The position numbers and the translations under genes were made by a program. The notes beneath the pieces are model-generated. The model searched no databases. It was not told the origin of the DNA and saw only the letters and a program-made list of their open reading frames with translations. From Candidatus Babelota bacterium (lineage in GTDB: Bacteria > Babelota > Babeliae > Babelales > Vermiphilaceae), in NCBI GenBank assembly GCA_049325595.1, contig JBMOLF010000007.1, positions 1 through 64,000 on the forward strand: DNA of 64,000 bases, given 5' to 3'. Below are positions 1-9,330 of the stretch, in pieces. Numbering within the stretch: position 1 is the first letter of the stretch; each line of letters opens with the position of its first letter.

Positions 1-7
1 CTCTGCA

Positions 8-93
8 TAACTTCGCTCGTTCAGCTGATAGCTTTTTAGTTCATGTAAAGGCTGCTCTCGCAGCCTACATGCTCAAAAATCTGAGCGAAGTTA
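8..93. repeat. Nested palindrome (MITE/RPE-like or attC-like hairpin)
   Basis: TAACTTCGCTC (8-18) is the reverse complement of GAGCGAAGTTA (83-93); inner stem AGGCTGC-TCTC-GCAGCCT flanked by CATGT/ACATG; CTCTGCATAA occurs at both 1-10 and 150-159. Confidence 0.65.
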
Positions 94-109
94 CTTTAAA
101 ATTAACAAT

Positions 110-415
110 TTAATTCACAATTCGACTTATTAGATACTCTTCAGTAAACCTCTGCATAAGATTGGCTAGTTTTTCACCATATATTTTTAAATTTTCCTCT
201 GAGATATCTTTATTTTCAGTTGATAATTGCTTATTGACGATTTCACTCCACATGGCGAAAATTCTATTTCGCGTTTCTTCCATTTCTTTTTCAACACTTT
301 TGATTTGAGATTCAAGAGTGATGCATTCTTGTTTTTTTTGTTGTAATTTTTCTTCAGTACTAATTGCGCTTATCGCAAAAGAAAATAATGCAAGGGATAA
401 TATATAATTTTTCAT
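110..415 (-). CDS. Secreted helical hypothetical protein, probably C-terminally truncated; paralog of 3669..4115
   Basis: Signal peptide; ISEENLKIYGEKLANLM aligns with IGEKNEEEYKEELDDLM of 3669..4115. Confidence 0.65.
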   Translation of the reverse strand: MKNYILSLALFSFAISAISTEEKLQQKKQECITLESQIKSVEKEMEETRNRIFAMWSEIVNKQLSTENKDISEENLKIYGEKLANLMQRFTEEYLISRIVN

Positions 416-454
416 AAATGTACCTGCTTATGTAGTAGTTAAAAATGATGGAAA

Positions 455-483
455 AGTATAAAGACTTTTTTATATCTTGTCTA
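455..483 (-). promoter_or_regulatory. sigma70-like promoter
   Basis: TAGACA-17 bp-TATACT on the minus strand upstream of 110..415. Confidence 0.5.
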
Positions 484-677
484 TTGTGATGGCGATTAAA
501 AAAAAATAATAATCAAGCAATAATCCTATGAGAGAATTTTAATCAACGGGAAGTATACTAATTGTGATTTGTGGGTCATTTTAGCTTTTTATATCTATAG
601 CAAGAAAACCATCATTTTTGTTAGCAGGATCTTAGTCTGGTAAAATGACTCACGCTCTCTTTTTTGATCAAAATGTA

Positions 678-1142
678 TTAATCATTTGCCTGCATTGAAA
701 TGTATATTCCTTTGGATTTATTCAAAAAAATATAAGCACATTCCCAAAACACAGCATCAATGCGATACTCATGAAATTTAAAATTTACCGCCGCTGGCAA
801 CTCAACATATTTTTCTACAATGCCCCAAAAAGTGGTTTTTATTTTTTTAATTTCGTCCTGAGTTGGAGATTTCATGCATGATTTATAAGAAAGCAGCTCA
901 TTGATTTCACGGTAACATTTTTTAAATGTTGAAATTCGCATGTCGCCGTAATAAGAAAAGCCAGGATATATTAGATTAAAATCTGGATTTTTTAAAAAAA
1001 CGTCGGGATCATATTCAAAAATATCACAATTAAAATGTACAACATAATTCGGAGCTAAAAGAAGATAGTATAATTCATCAAAATCATTTCTCAGGAACTG
1101 AATTGAACCAGGAATTACTGATGTTTTAGGCGTTTCAATCAT
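678..1142 (-). CDS. Hypothetical protein
   Basis: 154-aa ORF with AAGGA RBS, co-oriented 28 bp downstream of the Bro-N gene. Confidence 0.65.
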   Translation of the reverse strand: MIETPKTSVIPGSIQFLRNDFDELYYLLLAPNYVVHFNCDIFEYDPDVFLKNPDFNLIYPGFSYYGDMRISTFKKCYREINELLSYKSCMKSPTQDEIKKIKTTFWGIVEKYVELPAAVNFKFHEYRIDAVFWECAYIFLNKSKGIYISMQAND

Positions 1143-1170
1143 AACTAAATCCTTTTTTTAAAATGAAGGT

Positions 1171-2043
1171 TCATCGCTCTATAATTTTACGTTTAACTTT
1201 TCTAGCAACAGGAAGAAAATTTTCTTCTGAGACGATGGTGTTGCCAATTTGTTGCTCAATATCTTTTCGTGTTCTTCCTGCAACTGCGCCGCCTGATTGT
1301 GCATCTTCTCTGAGTTTTTCTAAACCCTGCGAATTTTTTTGTTGAGTAATTTGTGTGGTGGTTGCTTCACCGAGCATAGTGATAATTAATTCCAAATCAG
1401 TCATATGATCGCGCAAATTTTCATTTTCAAGACCTTTAAGGTTCTTATACTCGTTTACCTTAAGATGAAATGCGCCTTGCATAATATCATTAGTTAAAAT
1501 TGCGTAATCTACCGATTTTTTAGCGCCGCGCTCTGACCATTCATCAGTTAATGTATGGCGGACCGAGATACCACGCATGCGTTTATCAATCCATTCTTTT
1601 TGGTAACCTTTTTTTTCGTATATACTTTTAACTCTATCCATACCAAGTTCTGGATTTTCAATTTCGTCTATGCGTTCTTTGCCAACTTTTGCAAGCCACT
1701 GTTTAAATGGTTCTGCTTTTGGAGATGGAATAGATTGGATAATACGAAAAATGCCTTCAGTATTAGTACAATCAGTTTTATACTTTTTACCATCAGAACT
1801 TTTTAATTTCAGTCCGTGACAAAATGTCACGACCTCACTTCCTTCGGCAATTAATCGCTGTTTTAATTTTCGCCAGTAAGCACCGGGGTCGGTACTTTCT
1901 ACTAAAATTCCACAAACATCGATGATCGAAAAATACCATTCATTATTAAATAATATTTTGCGAAGTTGTTTTTCTTGAAAAAGTGATATTTTTGTAGATT
2001 CATTAGTAAACATATGAATAGCCCTCAAAAGTACTTGTCGCAT
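1171..2043 (-). CDS. Bro-N domain protein (phage antirepressor-like); start may be 2013
   Basis: WYFSIIDVCGIL, YWRKLKQRL, IQSIPSPKAEPFKQWLA and ENLRDHMTDLELI motifs. Confidence 0.88.
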   Translation of the reverse strand: MRQVLLRAIHMFTNESTKISLFQEKQLRKILFNNEWYFSIIDVCGILVESTDPGAYWRKLKQRLIAEGSEVVTFCHGLKLKSSDGKKYKTDCTNTEGIFRIIQSIPSPKAEPFKQWLAKVGKERIDEIENPELGMDRVKSIYEKKGYQKEWIDKRMRGISVRHTLTDEWSERGAKKSVDYAILTNDIMQGAFHLKVNEYKNLKGLENENLRDHMTDLELIITMLGEATTTQITQQKNSQGLEKLREDAQSGGAVAGRTRKDIEQQIGNTIVSEENFLPVARKVKRKIIER

Positions 2044-2227
2044 TTGTGTTTAATAATAACATGACTTTAGGGTAAATCGATTGAACGGATGAATGTTATT
2101 GCCCAAAAGATTACAAAAAAAGCTTATGAGTAGATAACTAGTTGGTTTAAATAGACTAATTTAGAGTTTTTTATAGTATGTTTTTATGCAATGGTCTGAG
2201 CTTAATTAAAATTAAAATTCGGGAGAT

Positions 2228-3115
2228 ATGTGTATGAATCACAAATACTATAAATCTTATCTGTGCCTATTGTATGCTTATTATGCACTATCTTTCAACA
2301 TTCTTTTTTCTAATCAAGTTTTTGCCCCAGAATTATTTGAAAACAAAGTAGTTATCATCACGGGCGGAGCATCAGGTATTGGACGCGCAATAGCCCAAGC
2401 ATATGCTGCACACAATGCATGTGTTGTATGTGTAGATTGCAACACACAAGCCAGCAATGCATTATTGCAACATTTTAAAGATAAAGGTTATGAAAAATAT
2501 CTATTTGTTCACGGAGATCTTGCCAAAGAAGAAACATGTAAGCGTGCAGTTGCAGAAACTATCGAACGTTTTGGTGCTATAGATATTCTTATCAATAATG
2601 TGGGTATTAACGATAAAGTTGCCCTTGATGCTACGCCAAATGCTTTTAAAAAATCTTTAGATAACAATCTTATTCATTATTTTACTATGGGTCATTATGC
2701 ATTGCCTGCGCTCAAAAAAAGTAAGGGAACTATAATAAATATTGGATCAAAGGTTGCGTTAACCGGTCAGGGAGGGACATCTGGTTATGCGGCTGCAAAA
2801 GGTGCCATTCTTGGTCTTACTCGAGAGTGGGCGGTAGAGCTTGCGCCATATCACATTCGGGTGAATGCAGTAATCCCTGCCGAAGTATTCACCGAAGCAT
2901 ATAAAAAATGGATTCATACTTTTTCAGATCCAGATGACAAATTAAGAAAAATAGAAAGTGTAATTCCATTTGCTCATCGTATGACTACACCGCAAGAAAT
3001 TGCTCAAACCGTACTCTTTCTTTCATCTCCTCTTTCTAGCCACACAACAGGCCAATTTTTAAGTGTTGATGGTGGATACGTGCATTTGGATCGAGCTTGC
3101 AATTGTTTGAATTAA
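2228..3115 (+). CDS. SDR oxidoreductase, L-fucose dehydrogenase-like
   Basis: TGGASGIG, YAAAK catalytic motif; LTREWAVEL, VIPAEV and SSHTTGQ..VDGGYVHLDRA typical of this SDR clade. Confidence 0.85.
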   Translation: MCMNHKYYKSYLCLLYAYYALSFNILFSNQVFAPELFENKVVIITGGASGIGRAIAQAYAAHNACVVCVDCNTQASNALLQHFKDKGYEKYLFVHGDLAKEETCKRAVAETIERFGAIDILINNVGINDKVALDATPNAFKKSLDNNLIHYFTMGHYALPALKKSKGTIINIGSKVALTGQGGTSGYAAAKGAILGLTREWAVELAPYHIRVNAVIPAEVFTEAYKKWIHTFSDPDDKLRKIESVIPFAHRMTTPQEIAQTVLFLSSPLSSHTTGQFLSVDGGYVHLDRACNCLN

Positions 3116-3291
3116 CAATAAAAAGAATTTAAATAGTTAGAATATAACGCTGATTCTATGATTAAGGTCAATAGCAAAGTGCTCTTCTTTTTTTCTTAAT
3201 CCACTTTTTGTGGATATTATTTGAGTTGTAATGATGATGCGAGGGTTAAAAATAAAAAAATCTTTCTCATGTACATAGTCCTCACTTAAAA

Positions 3292-3672
3292 TTAATCCCT
3301 ATATGCTTTTCTTACTTTTTCCCTCTCTTCAATTCCCATAAGTAGAGTAAACTTATCAATAATATGATTGCATGCTATAGGAAATCCTTCCTCGTTTTTT
3401 TCAGAATTGGCATAAGCAACCAAGCATTTATTTAATTTTCTTTCAATTTTCATGCGGCGTATTTCTTTATCGATTCTTTGAATTTCTAATGCATGCTCAG
3501 TAGGTGAAGGATTAGGTGCTGGAGGCTGCGTGATGGCATCTTGAAGTTGGTAAATTGTGTATTTACAGAAATGATAAGGGTATTTAAAAAACTCAAAAAA
3601 TGCATGCATTGGTTGAAATGATAAAAGTATAAGAAGCAAAGCTAATAATTTTGTTTTCATAGGTCTGTTCAT
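3292..3672 (-). CDS. Secreted hypothetical protein
   Basis: Signal peptide; 4-bp overlap with upstream gene. Confidence 0.65.
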   Translation of the reverse strand: MNRPMKTKLLALLLILLSFQPMHAFFEFFKYPYHFCKYTIYQLQDAITQPPAPNPSPTEHALEIQRIDKEIRRMKIERKLNKCLVAYANSEKNEEGFPIACNHIIDKFTLLMGIEEREKVRKAYRD

Positions 3673-4115
3673 TTTTTTTGATTAAATAAAGTATTTTTAA
3701 GCTTAATTAATTCTTGTGCCTTTTTTAGCCAATTTGCTTCTAAATCTTCCAAGCTACTATTTAGAATACCAACCTTGAAGAACAAATAGATAAGATTCTT
3801 TGATTGCGCTGCATCAAGATTTTTTATACATATGTTTTCAAATTCACCTTTTTTAAATAAGAGCCATAACTCTTCCATAAGATCATCAAGTTCTTCTTTA
3901 TATTCTTCTTCATTTTTTTCTCCTATCTCTGAAATTATTTTTGTAATTATTTTGTTATAGAATTCTTCATAGTCTTGCCAGGCTTGTAGCACCATTTGCT
4001 TGCGCTGCTCTATTTTTTGTTGTAATGCGATTACTTCTTCCTGTTTGTCTATGAGTTCTTGGTTTGCATTGATGATTGCAATGTTCATTAAACAAAAGAG
4101 AAAATATTTTTTCAT
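3669..4115 (-). CDS. Secreted helical/coiled-coil hypothetical protein
   Basis: Signal peptide, AGGAG RBS, paralog of 110..415. Confidence 0.7.
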   Translation of the reverse strand: MKKYFLFCLMNIAIINANQELIDKQEEVIALQQKIEQRKQMVLQAWQDYEEFYNKIITKIISEIGEKNEEEYKEELDDLMEELWLLFKKGEFENICIKNLDAAQSKNLIYLFFKVGILNSSLEDLEANWLKKAQELIKLKNTLFNQKK

Positions 4116-4168
4116 AATTACTCCTAATATGAAAATAATGAAATATGGTTAATTCAGGTGGCTGCAGG

Positions 4169-4197
4169 ATTATAAAAAATATTTTAAAAAATATCTA
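4169..4197 (-). promoter_or_regulatory. sigma70-like promoter
   Basis: TAGATA-17 bp-TATAAT on the minus strand; resembles 455..483. Confidence 0.5.
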
Positions 4198-4282
4198 TTA
4201 TGATGATTTAATTTTCAATGCGGCGGATTTAGATGGTGGCTTTAAAAGATAAAAAATAATGAAGTTCTTCACTTAAAGACCG

Positions 4283-4927
4283 TTATGCCATCTCATCATA
4301 CACATCAAGTAAATGAGCTGGTAGATAAAGGCTGTGGCATTGAGCTAAATAAGTGGTTATTTTTTCTGGATAGAGATTATTAATCTCGTTGTTTAAGGCA
4401 ACAAAACTTTTTTTATCATAATTTACGTATCGTTTGCGCATTCTATTGAATGTACTTTGCTTCATCCATGGAGGTTTTGTTTCTAATGAACCAGCATGGG
4501 ATTCTAGTTGTTCTTGTATTTTGAGTTGCATATATCTATTACGATTAGTAGTATTTAGCCTTTGTGAATAATAACCCAGATCAGCGCATTTTCTGCAGAG
4601 ATAAAATCCTTCAATGCAATATAATTTTCTCATTCTTTTATTACACCCTGGACAATGAAAAAAGTTGTAAAATCCACCAAAATTACATGGTTTTTTTTCG
4701 ACTGTAATTACATAATGAGAATTACCAAAAATGATCTTAATACTGCTGTCTTCTTGAATGTAGGCTTCAAGGTAGAAAGGATTGTATATTTTAAAAAAAG
4801 ACTTATTCTCTGACTTTTTTATCCATTCTATGCCTTCTTTATTTTTAAAAAGATCGAATGAGTCAATCTCATGAAGTGAAGAGTCGGAACAGAGTCTTTT
4901 GGTTAAATGTTTTATTCGTGTTTCCAA
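4283..4927 (-). CDS. Hypothetical protein with CxxC...CxxC zinc ribbon
   Basis: PCNFGG..FFHCPGC..KLY..LCRKCADLGYYSQ motif, a pattern recalled from mobile-element hypotheticals. Confidence 0.7.
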   Translation of the reverse strand: METRIKHLTKRLCSDSSLHEIDSFDLFKNKEGIEWIKKSENKSFFKIYNPFYLEAYIQEDSSIKIIFGNSHYVITVEKKPCNFGGFYNFFHCPGCNKRMRKLYCIEGFYLCRKCADLGYYSQRLNTTNRNRYMQLKIQEQLESHAGSLETKPPWMKQSTFNRMRKRYVNYDKKSFVALNNEINNLYPEKITTYLAQCHSLYLPAHLLDVYDEMA

Positions 4928-5130
4928 CGCTATCCCTAATGAGCGATTAAGAACTTCTTTTTATCGAAATGTCCACTATTACAATATAGCTCTTTAGCGT
5001 GAAAAAATGAACAATGGCAAACTTAAAAAATTACAAAATGAAATTTAATAAAAAACAATTCGATATAAATTGGCAAATCCTTAATTCAATGTTATGCTTT
5101 TTGAATAGGTTTCTTTTTTGGAGGATTATT

Positions 5131-5526
5131 ATGAATACTCGTATTTTATCAATTGCTGCTATCATTTTTGTTACAAATATATTAACAAATCACGATCTGT
5201 CTTTTCAGTCTATAGAGATTAACAACAACAGCTTGCAGCCATTGCGAGTTAGTGCAAATACAGCAAATCAAAATTTCAAAGTTGATATTTCTATTCCAGA
5301 ATTTACTAGATGGCTTCTTGTTTCAAAATTATCAAAGACCAAAGCGCCACAAGAGGCTCTTTATGAAGCTATCATTAACGACTCTCCATTTGAGATTATG
5401 AATGCCGTTAAGCAGGGTGCAAATATAAATCAGCCTTTTAATGACAAATTTCCTCTAACCATTGCCTTTCTATTGCAAAAGCTTCAAGCAGCTAGTTGCT
5501 TAGTCGAGCTTGGTGCAATCAGTTAA
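5131..5526 (+). CDS. Secreted protein with a C-terminal ankyrin-like repeat
   Basis: GGAGG RBS before ATG 5131; signal peptide; KQGANIN..FPLTIA..LVELGA. Confidence 0.7.
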   Translation: MNTRILSIAAIIFVTNILTNHDLSFQSIEINNNSLQPLRVSANTANQNFKVDISIPEFTRWLLVSKLSKTKAPQEALYEAIINDSPFEIMNAVKQGANINQPFNDKFPLTIAFLLQKLQAASCLVELGAIS

Positions 5527-5553
5527 GGCTGATAATTAAATTGTGAGCTTTAT

Positions 5554-6528
5554 ATGAAGAGATTAATTATAATAATATTATTATTTTACCAATTTTTGGA
5601 ATCATCCGATGTTCCATCCAAACAGTTTATTGATGTTATTAATCATTCAAATCAACAATTAGTCATGAATCACTTGATTTCTGAATACACAACTGCTGCG
5701 ATCGAAATAACGAAACTAGAAAAAACTTCTCAAAACAATTATCAAATAATTGCTTTACCACAGAATTTTCTTACAACATTTTACGACAATGGATGTTTTA
5801 ATAATGTTCTTAATAATAAAGGACAGATTGCAGGATATGTTTACGACAAAAATGCTGAATTTTCATTTTTTGATCATCAAGTAAAAAATCACGATACAAT
5901 TGCTGCTATATGGGATTTGCATAGGGGATTAATACTTTCAAATTTAAAACAAAGTCGTGCAGCAGCAATAAATGATAATGAGGTTGTTCTTCTCAAAAGT
6001 AATGTTGTCAGTGTTTGGCATCCAAAAACAAATGATTTTGAAAAAATAAATTTACCAGGCGATTTCAAAGACAAGAATTTTTTTGGATTTACGCCGCCGC
6101 TTGCATTTTCCGATTATATATTCGCCAAGAATAAAAATGGAAATAAGTTGCAAATAAAAGACAATTCGTCGCTAAATCAGCAACTCTTCATATCAAAATC
6201 GGGCAGGCTGCGGTTAATAGCCTTTGCGTACAATTTGAAGGTAGACAAAACGAAGCTTCGAACAGCTATGTCTTCGGTAAATGCGCAAATTAATGATAAT
6301 GATGAAGTAGTTGTTTTGCTAGAGGATAATGGAAAGCACTTAATTGGGAAATGGTCCGAAACACTAAGCTTTACATCAGTTTTTTTAGAAGATATTCCAG
6401 TATTTAATGGATATACGTCTTTTCAGATTCTTGGATTTAATACACTAGGACAGATTTTACTAATGGCCATCCCCGCTAATTTAAATAGTAGAAAGCCAGG
6501 TTTATATATTATGAAGTGCTTAAACTAA
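5554..6528 (+). CDS. Secreted protein with HAF-like beta repeats
   Basis: Signal peptide; repeated LNNKGQIAG / AINDNEVV / QINDNDEVV / GFNTLGQIL. Confidence 0.65.
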   Translation: MKRLIIIILLFYQFLESSDVPSKQFIDVINHSNQQLVMNHLISEYTTAAIEITKLEKTSQNNYQIIALPQNFLTTFYDNGCFNNVLNNKGQIAGYVYDKNAEFSFFDHQVKNHDTIAAIWDLHRGLILSNLKQSRAAAINDNEVVLLKSNVVSVWHPKTNDFEKINLPGDFKDKNFFGFTPPLAFSDYIFAKNKNGNKLQIKDNSSLNQQLFISKSGRLRLIAFAYNLKVDKTKLRTAMSSVNAQINDNDEVVVLLEDNGKHLIGKWSETLSFTSVFLEDIPVFNGYTSFQILGFNTLGQILLMAIPANLNSRKPGLYIMKCLN

Positions 6529-6529
6529 A

Positions 6530-6811
6530 ATGAAAGTAATTATTTGTTTCATATTAGGCTTGTTAGTATTACCTGGTTGTTTATTTCAAACAAAAGAAGA
6601 GTGCTACGTTAATGGATATGAGGCAGCTTGGGAAGAAGAAGAACCTTCCTATTTTGCAAGCCAAGATGAAAAAAATGGATATAAGGATGGTCTTGATGAT
6701 TTCTGGAGTTATGATCAGGGATATTATGATGGTTTTAATGGGAAAAAGTTAAAATATTCTCAGGACAAATTTTATATAGATGGTTATAAAGACGGGAAAA
6801 GAAATCGATAG
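6530..6811 (+). CDS. Small lipoprotein with GYxDG repeats
   Basis: Lipobox LPGC; GYKDG, GYYDG, GYKDG. Confidence 0.7.
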   Translation: MKVIICFILGLLVLPGCLFQTKEECYVNGYEAAWEEEEPSYFASQDEKNGYKDGLDDFWSYDQGYYDGFNGKKLKYSQDKFYIDGYKDGKRNR

Positions 6812-6915
6812 TAAATTTAGCAGTGATTCTATCGTATAGATGCTTTCTTTTGTAAAAAATGTAAACTATTAAGTGTGTCTTTATTTAACCACGTAATATC
6901 CGAATTATAGCAAAG

Positions 6916-8419
6916 ATGAAATCTATTCTCATTGCTCGTGTTAGTACAGAAGAGCAAAAAGAAGCAGGTAATTCTCTTCCAGCGCAAATTGCTCGTCTTG
7001 AAAAATATTGCCAGAGCAAACATTTTAAAATTGAAAAAACATTTTCTTTTGATGAGAGTGCATACAAAAATAACCGTGAAGAGTTTGATCGGATTTTGGA
7101 TTATGTGCTTGATCAAAAAGAAAAAATAGTCGTTTGTTGTGACAAAATAGATCGCTTGTCACGTAATGTGTTTGATAAACGGGTATCTGCTCTTTATGAA
7201 AAAGCGCTCGAAGATAAACTAGAGCTACATTTTGTTTCTGACGGACAAATAATCAATAGTCGTATTTCTGCTACAGAGAAATTCCAATTTAGTATTAGTT
7301 TAGGATTAGCCAAATATTACTCTGATGCTATTAGTGACAATGTTAAAAGAGCCTTTGAGCAAAAAAGTAAGGAAAGGTGAGTGGTTAGCTAAGGCCCCCT
7401 TTGGATATGCCAATGTAGCAAAACCTGATGGTACTAGAGACATCATTGTGGACGAATACAATTCGCTCATAATAAAAAAAGTTTTTGAGCTGTATGCTTC
7501 GGGTGCCTACTCGCTCGAACTAATCTGCGGCAAATTAAAAGAAGAACATAATATAAAATGGCCCAAGGGCTATTTAGCAAAAATTCTCAGTAATCCATTT
7601 TATTATGGGATGATGGTGGTTAAGGGTAAGCAATATCCACATAAATATTACCCAATAATAACCCAAGCTCTCTATGATGAAGTTCAAAAGGTAAAAGAAG
7701 GATTTATAAAAAAACCAGCTCGCTATGTTGGTCTTCCCTATATTTATCGTGGGTTAATTCGTTGCGCTGTTTGTGGTCACGCTATAACTGTTGAAAGACA
7801 TAAAGGGCACGCCTATTATCACTGTACTCAATATAAGAGCAAGCATGGGGCAAAATGGCTTCGTGAAGAAGAAATTACCAATCAGCTAAGCCAAATTTTT
7901 AAAAGCCTCCAAATGCCGCCAGAAATTCTTGAGGAAATTGTTTTTTCCCTAAGCAAGGTTCACCAAGATAAAATTGAATTTCACAATAAAGAATTCGATA
8001 AATTAAGCAATGAACAAAAGACCCTTACTCGTATGATGGATAATCTGTATTTAGACAAACTCAAGGGTAAAATCAGTGAGGGCGACTATGATAGATTCTA
8101 CAATTCATTTAAAGAGCAAAGCCTTGATGTATCAGTTCGCTTAGAACGTCTAAAAGAAGCAGAGAATAACTACTATATAACCGCAAAATATCTTTTAGAA
8201 ATTGCTCAAAAAGCACATGAATTATTTGAAAGTTCGATAGTTGAAGAAAAACGGCAATTGTTGAAACTCGTACTATCGAACCTTGAGATCGATAACGAAA
8301 AACTGCTCTGGAAGCTGAATAAGCCGTTTGATTTGATGATAGAATGTAGTGATCGTCATTTATGGCGTCCCCAAAGAGAATCGAACTCTTATTTTCGCCG
8401 TGAAAGGGCGATGTCCTAA
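6916..8419 (+). pseudogene. Large serine recombinase (integrase) split by a one-base frameshift at the A6 run 7361-7366 (ORFs 6916..7380 and 7325..8419)
   Basis: N part: ARVSTEEQ catalytic Ser and DRLSR. C part: APFGY, ILSNPFYYG recombinase domain, CAVC..C zinc ribbon, coiled coil. Deleting one A gives AFEQKVRKGEW. Confidence 0.85.
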
Positions 8420-8437
8420 CCGTTAGACGATGGGGAC
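8363..8437 (-). tRNA. tRNA-Glu (TTC)
   Basis: Cloverleaf GTCCCCA/TGGGGAC, anticodon arm TCGCC-CT TTC AC-GGCGA, TTCGATT T-loop, encoded CCA. Confidence 0.96.
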
Positions 8438-8441
8438 GCGC

Positions 8442-8517
8442 TGGTGAGCCGCGTTGGAATCGAACCAACGACCCACAGCTTAAAAGGCTGTTGCTCTACC
8501 GACTGAGCTAGCGGCTC
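8442..8517 (-). tRNA. tRNA-Lys (TTT)
   Basis: Cloverleaf GAGCCGC/GCGGCTC, anticodon arm ACAGC-CT TTT AA-GCTGT, encoded CCA. Confidence 0.96.
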
Positions 8518-8606
8518 AAAATTTTGAGATGCAATTTCAAAAAAATATACATTAGTGTATAAAAAGATAAATGTTCACCGGCTAGTTGTCAAGAAAAAAA
8601 TATGAT

Positions 8607-9317
8607 TTATGCCGCATTTTGCGGTGGAAGCCCTTCTAATTGTATATTGTCTTCACTTACAAAAGGGTTGTCGATAACCGTGGTTTTATCCATAGCAGTA
8701 TTTAATATGTTTATGATTATTCTTAAGTCATCAGTCTTTTTGTGATCAGTTGTCATATCTTTTAATTCATAGGCAATGGCCAAAGGAGTTAGTCCCTTAT
8801 TGTTTTGGATATAGGGATTGCATTGATAATGTTGTGCAAGATCGTATACAAATATTGGCACCATAAGATTTACTGCATAATGCAATGGGGTATTGCCATA
8901 AATATCTTGTAGATTAGGGTTAAGTTTGTCATGGCTTAAAAGCTTAGCAAATAATGGATACATTTGGTTGGTTATGCTGTAGTGTAGTGGAGTAAAGCCT
9001 GAAATTCTTTGACGCACCTTAAGAATTGGAGCTGTAATGCCTGCTGGAGGTGTTGCTGATTGAGACAAAGCCGGTTCGCTAAATTCATATAAACAAGAAA
9101 CCTTGCCAAATCGGGGTTCTTGTTCATTAATATTACTAGTATTTATCATATTTATGACATCTTCTTGACGGCTTTCTAGACATGCCCGTACTAGTGTACT
9201 TGGAGGGTAGCTCTCAAGCAAATTCGTATAGCGATCAGCTATCTCTTGGGGACTCATGGACCACATTGTAGTGCCCATGCAGCCCATAATAAAAATTAAT
9301 GTCGGCAACCTTCTCAT
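8607..9317 (-). CDS. Secreted ankyrin repeat protein
   Basis: Signal peptide; GFTPLHY, GNTPLHYAV, GLTPLAIA. Confidence 0.85.
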   Translation of the reverse strand: MRRLPTLIFIMGCMGTTMWSMSPQEIADRYTNLLESYPPSTLVRACLESRQEDVINMINTSNINEQEPRFGKVSCLYEFSEPALSQSATPPAGITAPILKVRQRISGFTPLHYSITNQMYPLFAKLLSHDKLNPNLQDIYGNTPLHYAVNLMVPIFVYDLAQHYQCNPYIQNNKGLTPLAIAYELKDMTTDHKKTDDLRIIINILNTAMDKTTVIDNPFVSEDNIQLEGLPPQNAA

Positions 9318-9330
9318 AGGGAATCCTGTG

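Larger units (their letters stand above)
1..8419. mobile_element. Right end of a genomic island integrated at the tRNA-Glu 3' end (left end outside window)
   Basis: Large serine recombinase abutting and overlapping a tRNA, Bro-N gene, CxxC-CxxC hypothetical, no core genes; no second att copy seen in the window. Confidence 0.7.

Noticed and set aside
8..93. Bona fide integron attC site
   Set aside because: Only one end fits the consensus, the region next to the core sites is fully paired, and no IntI gene or second site is in the window; kept only as an unclassified palindrome
1..8419. Prophage
   Set aside because: No terminase, capsid, tail or lysis genes in the visible part
8109..8468. 119-aa minus-strand ORF
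   Set aside because: Runs through both tRNA genes and antisense to the recombinase; not a plausible protein
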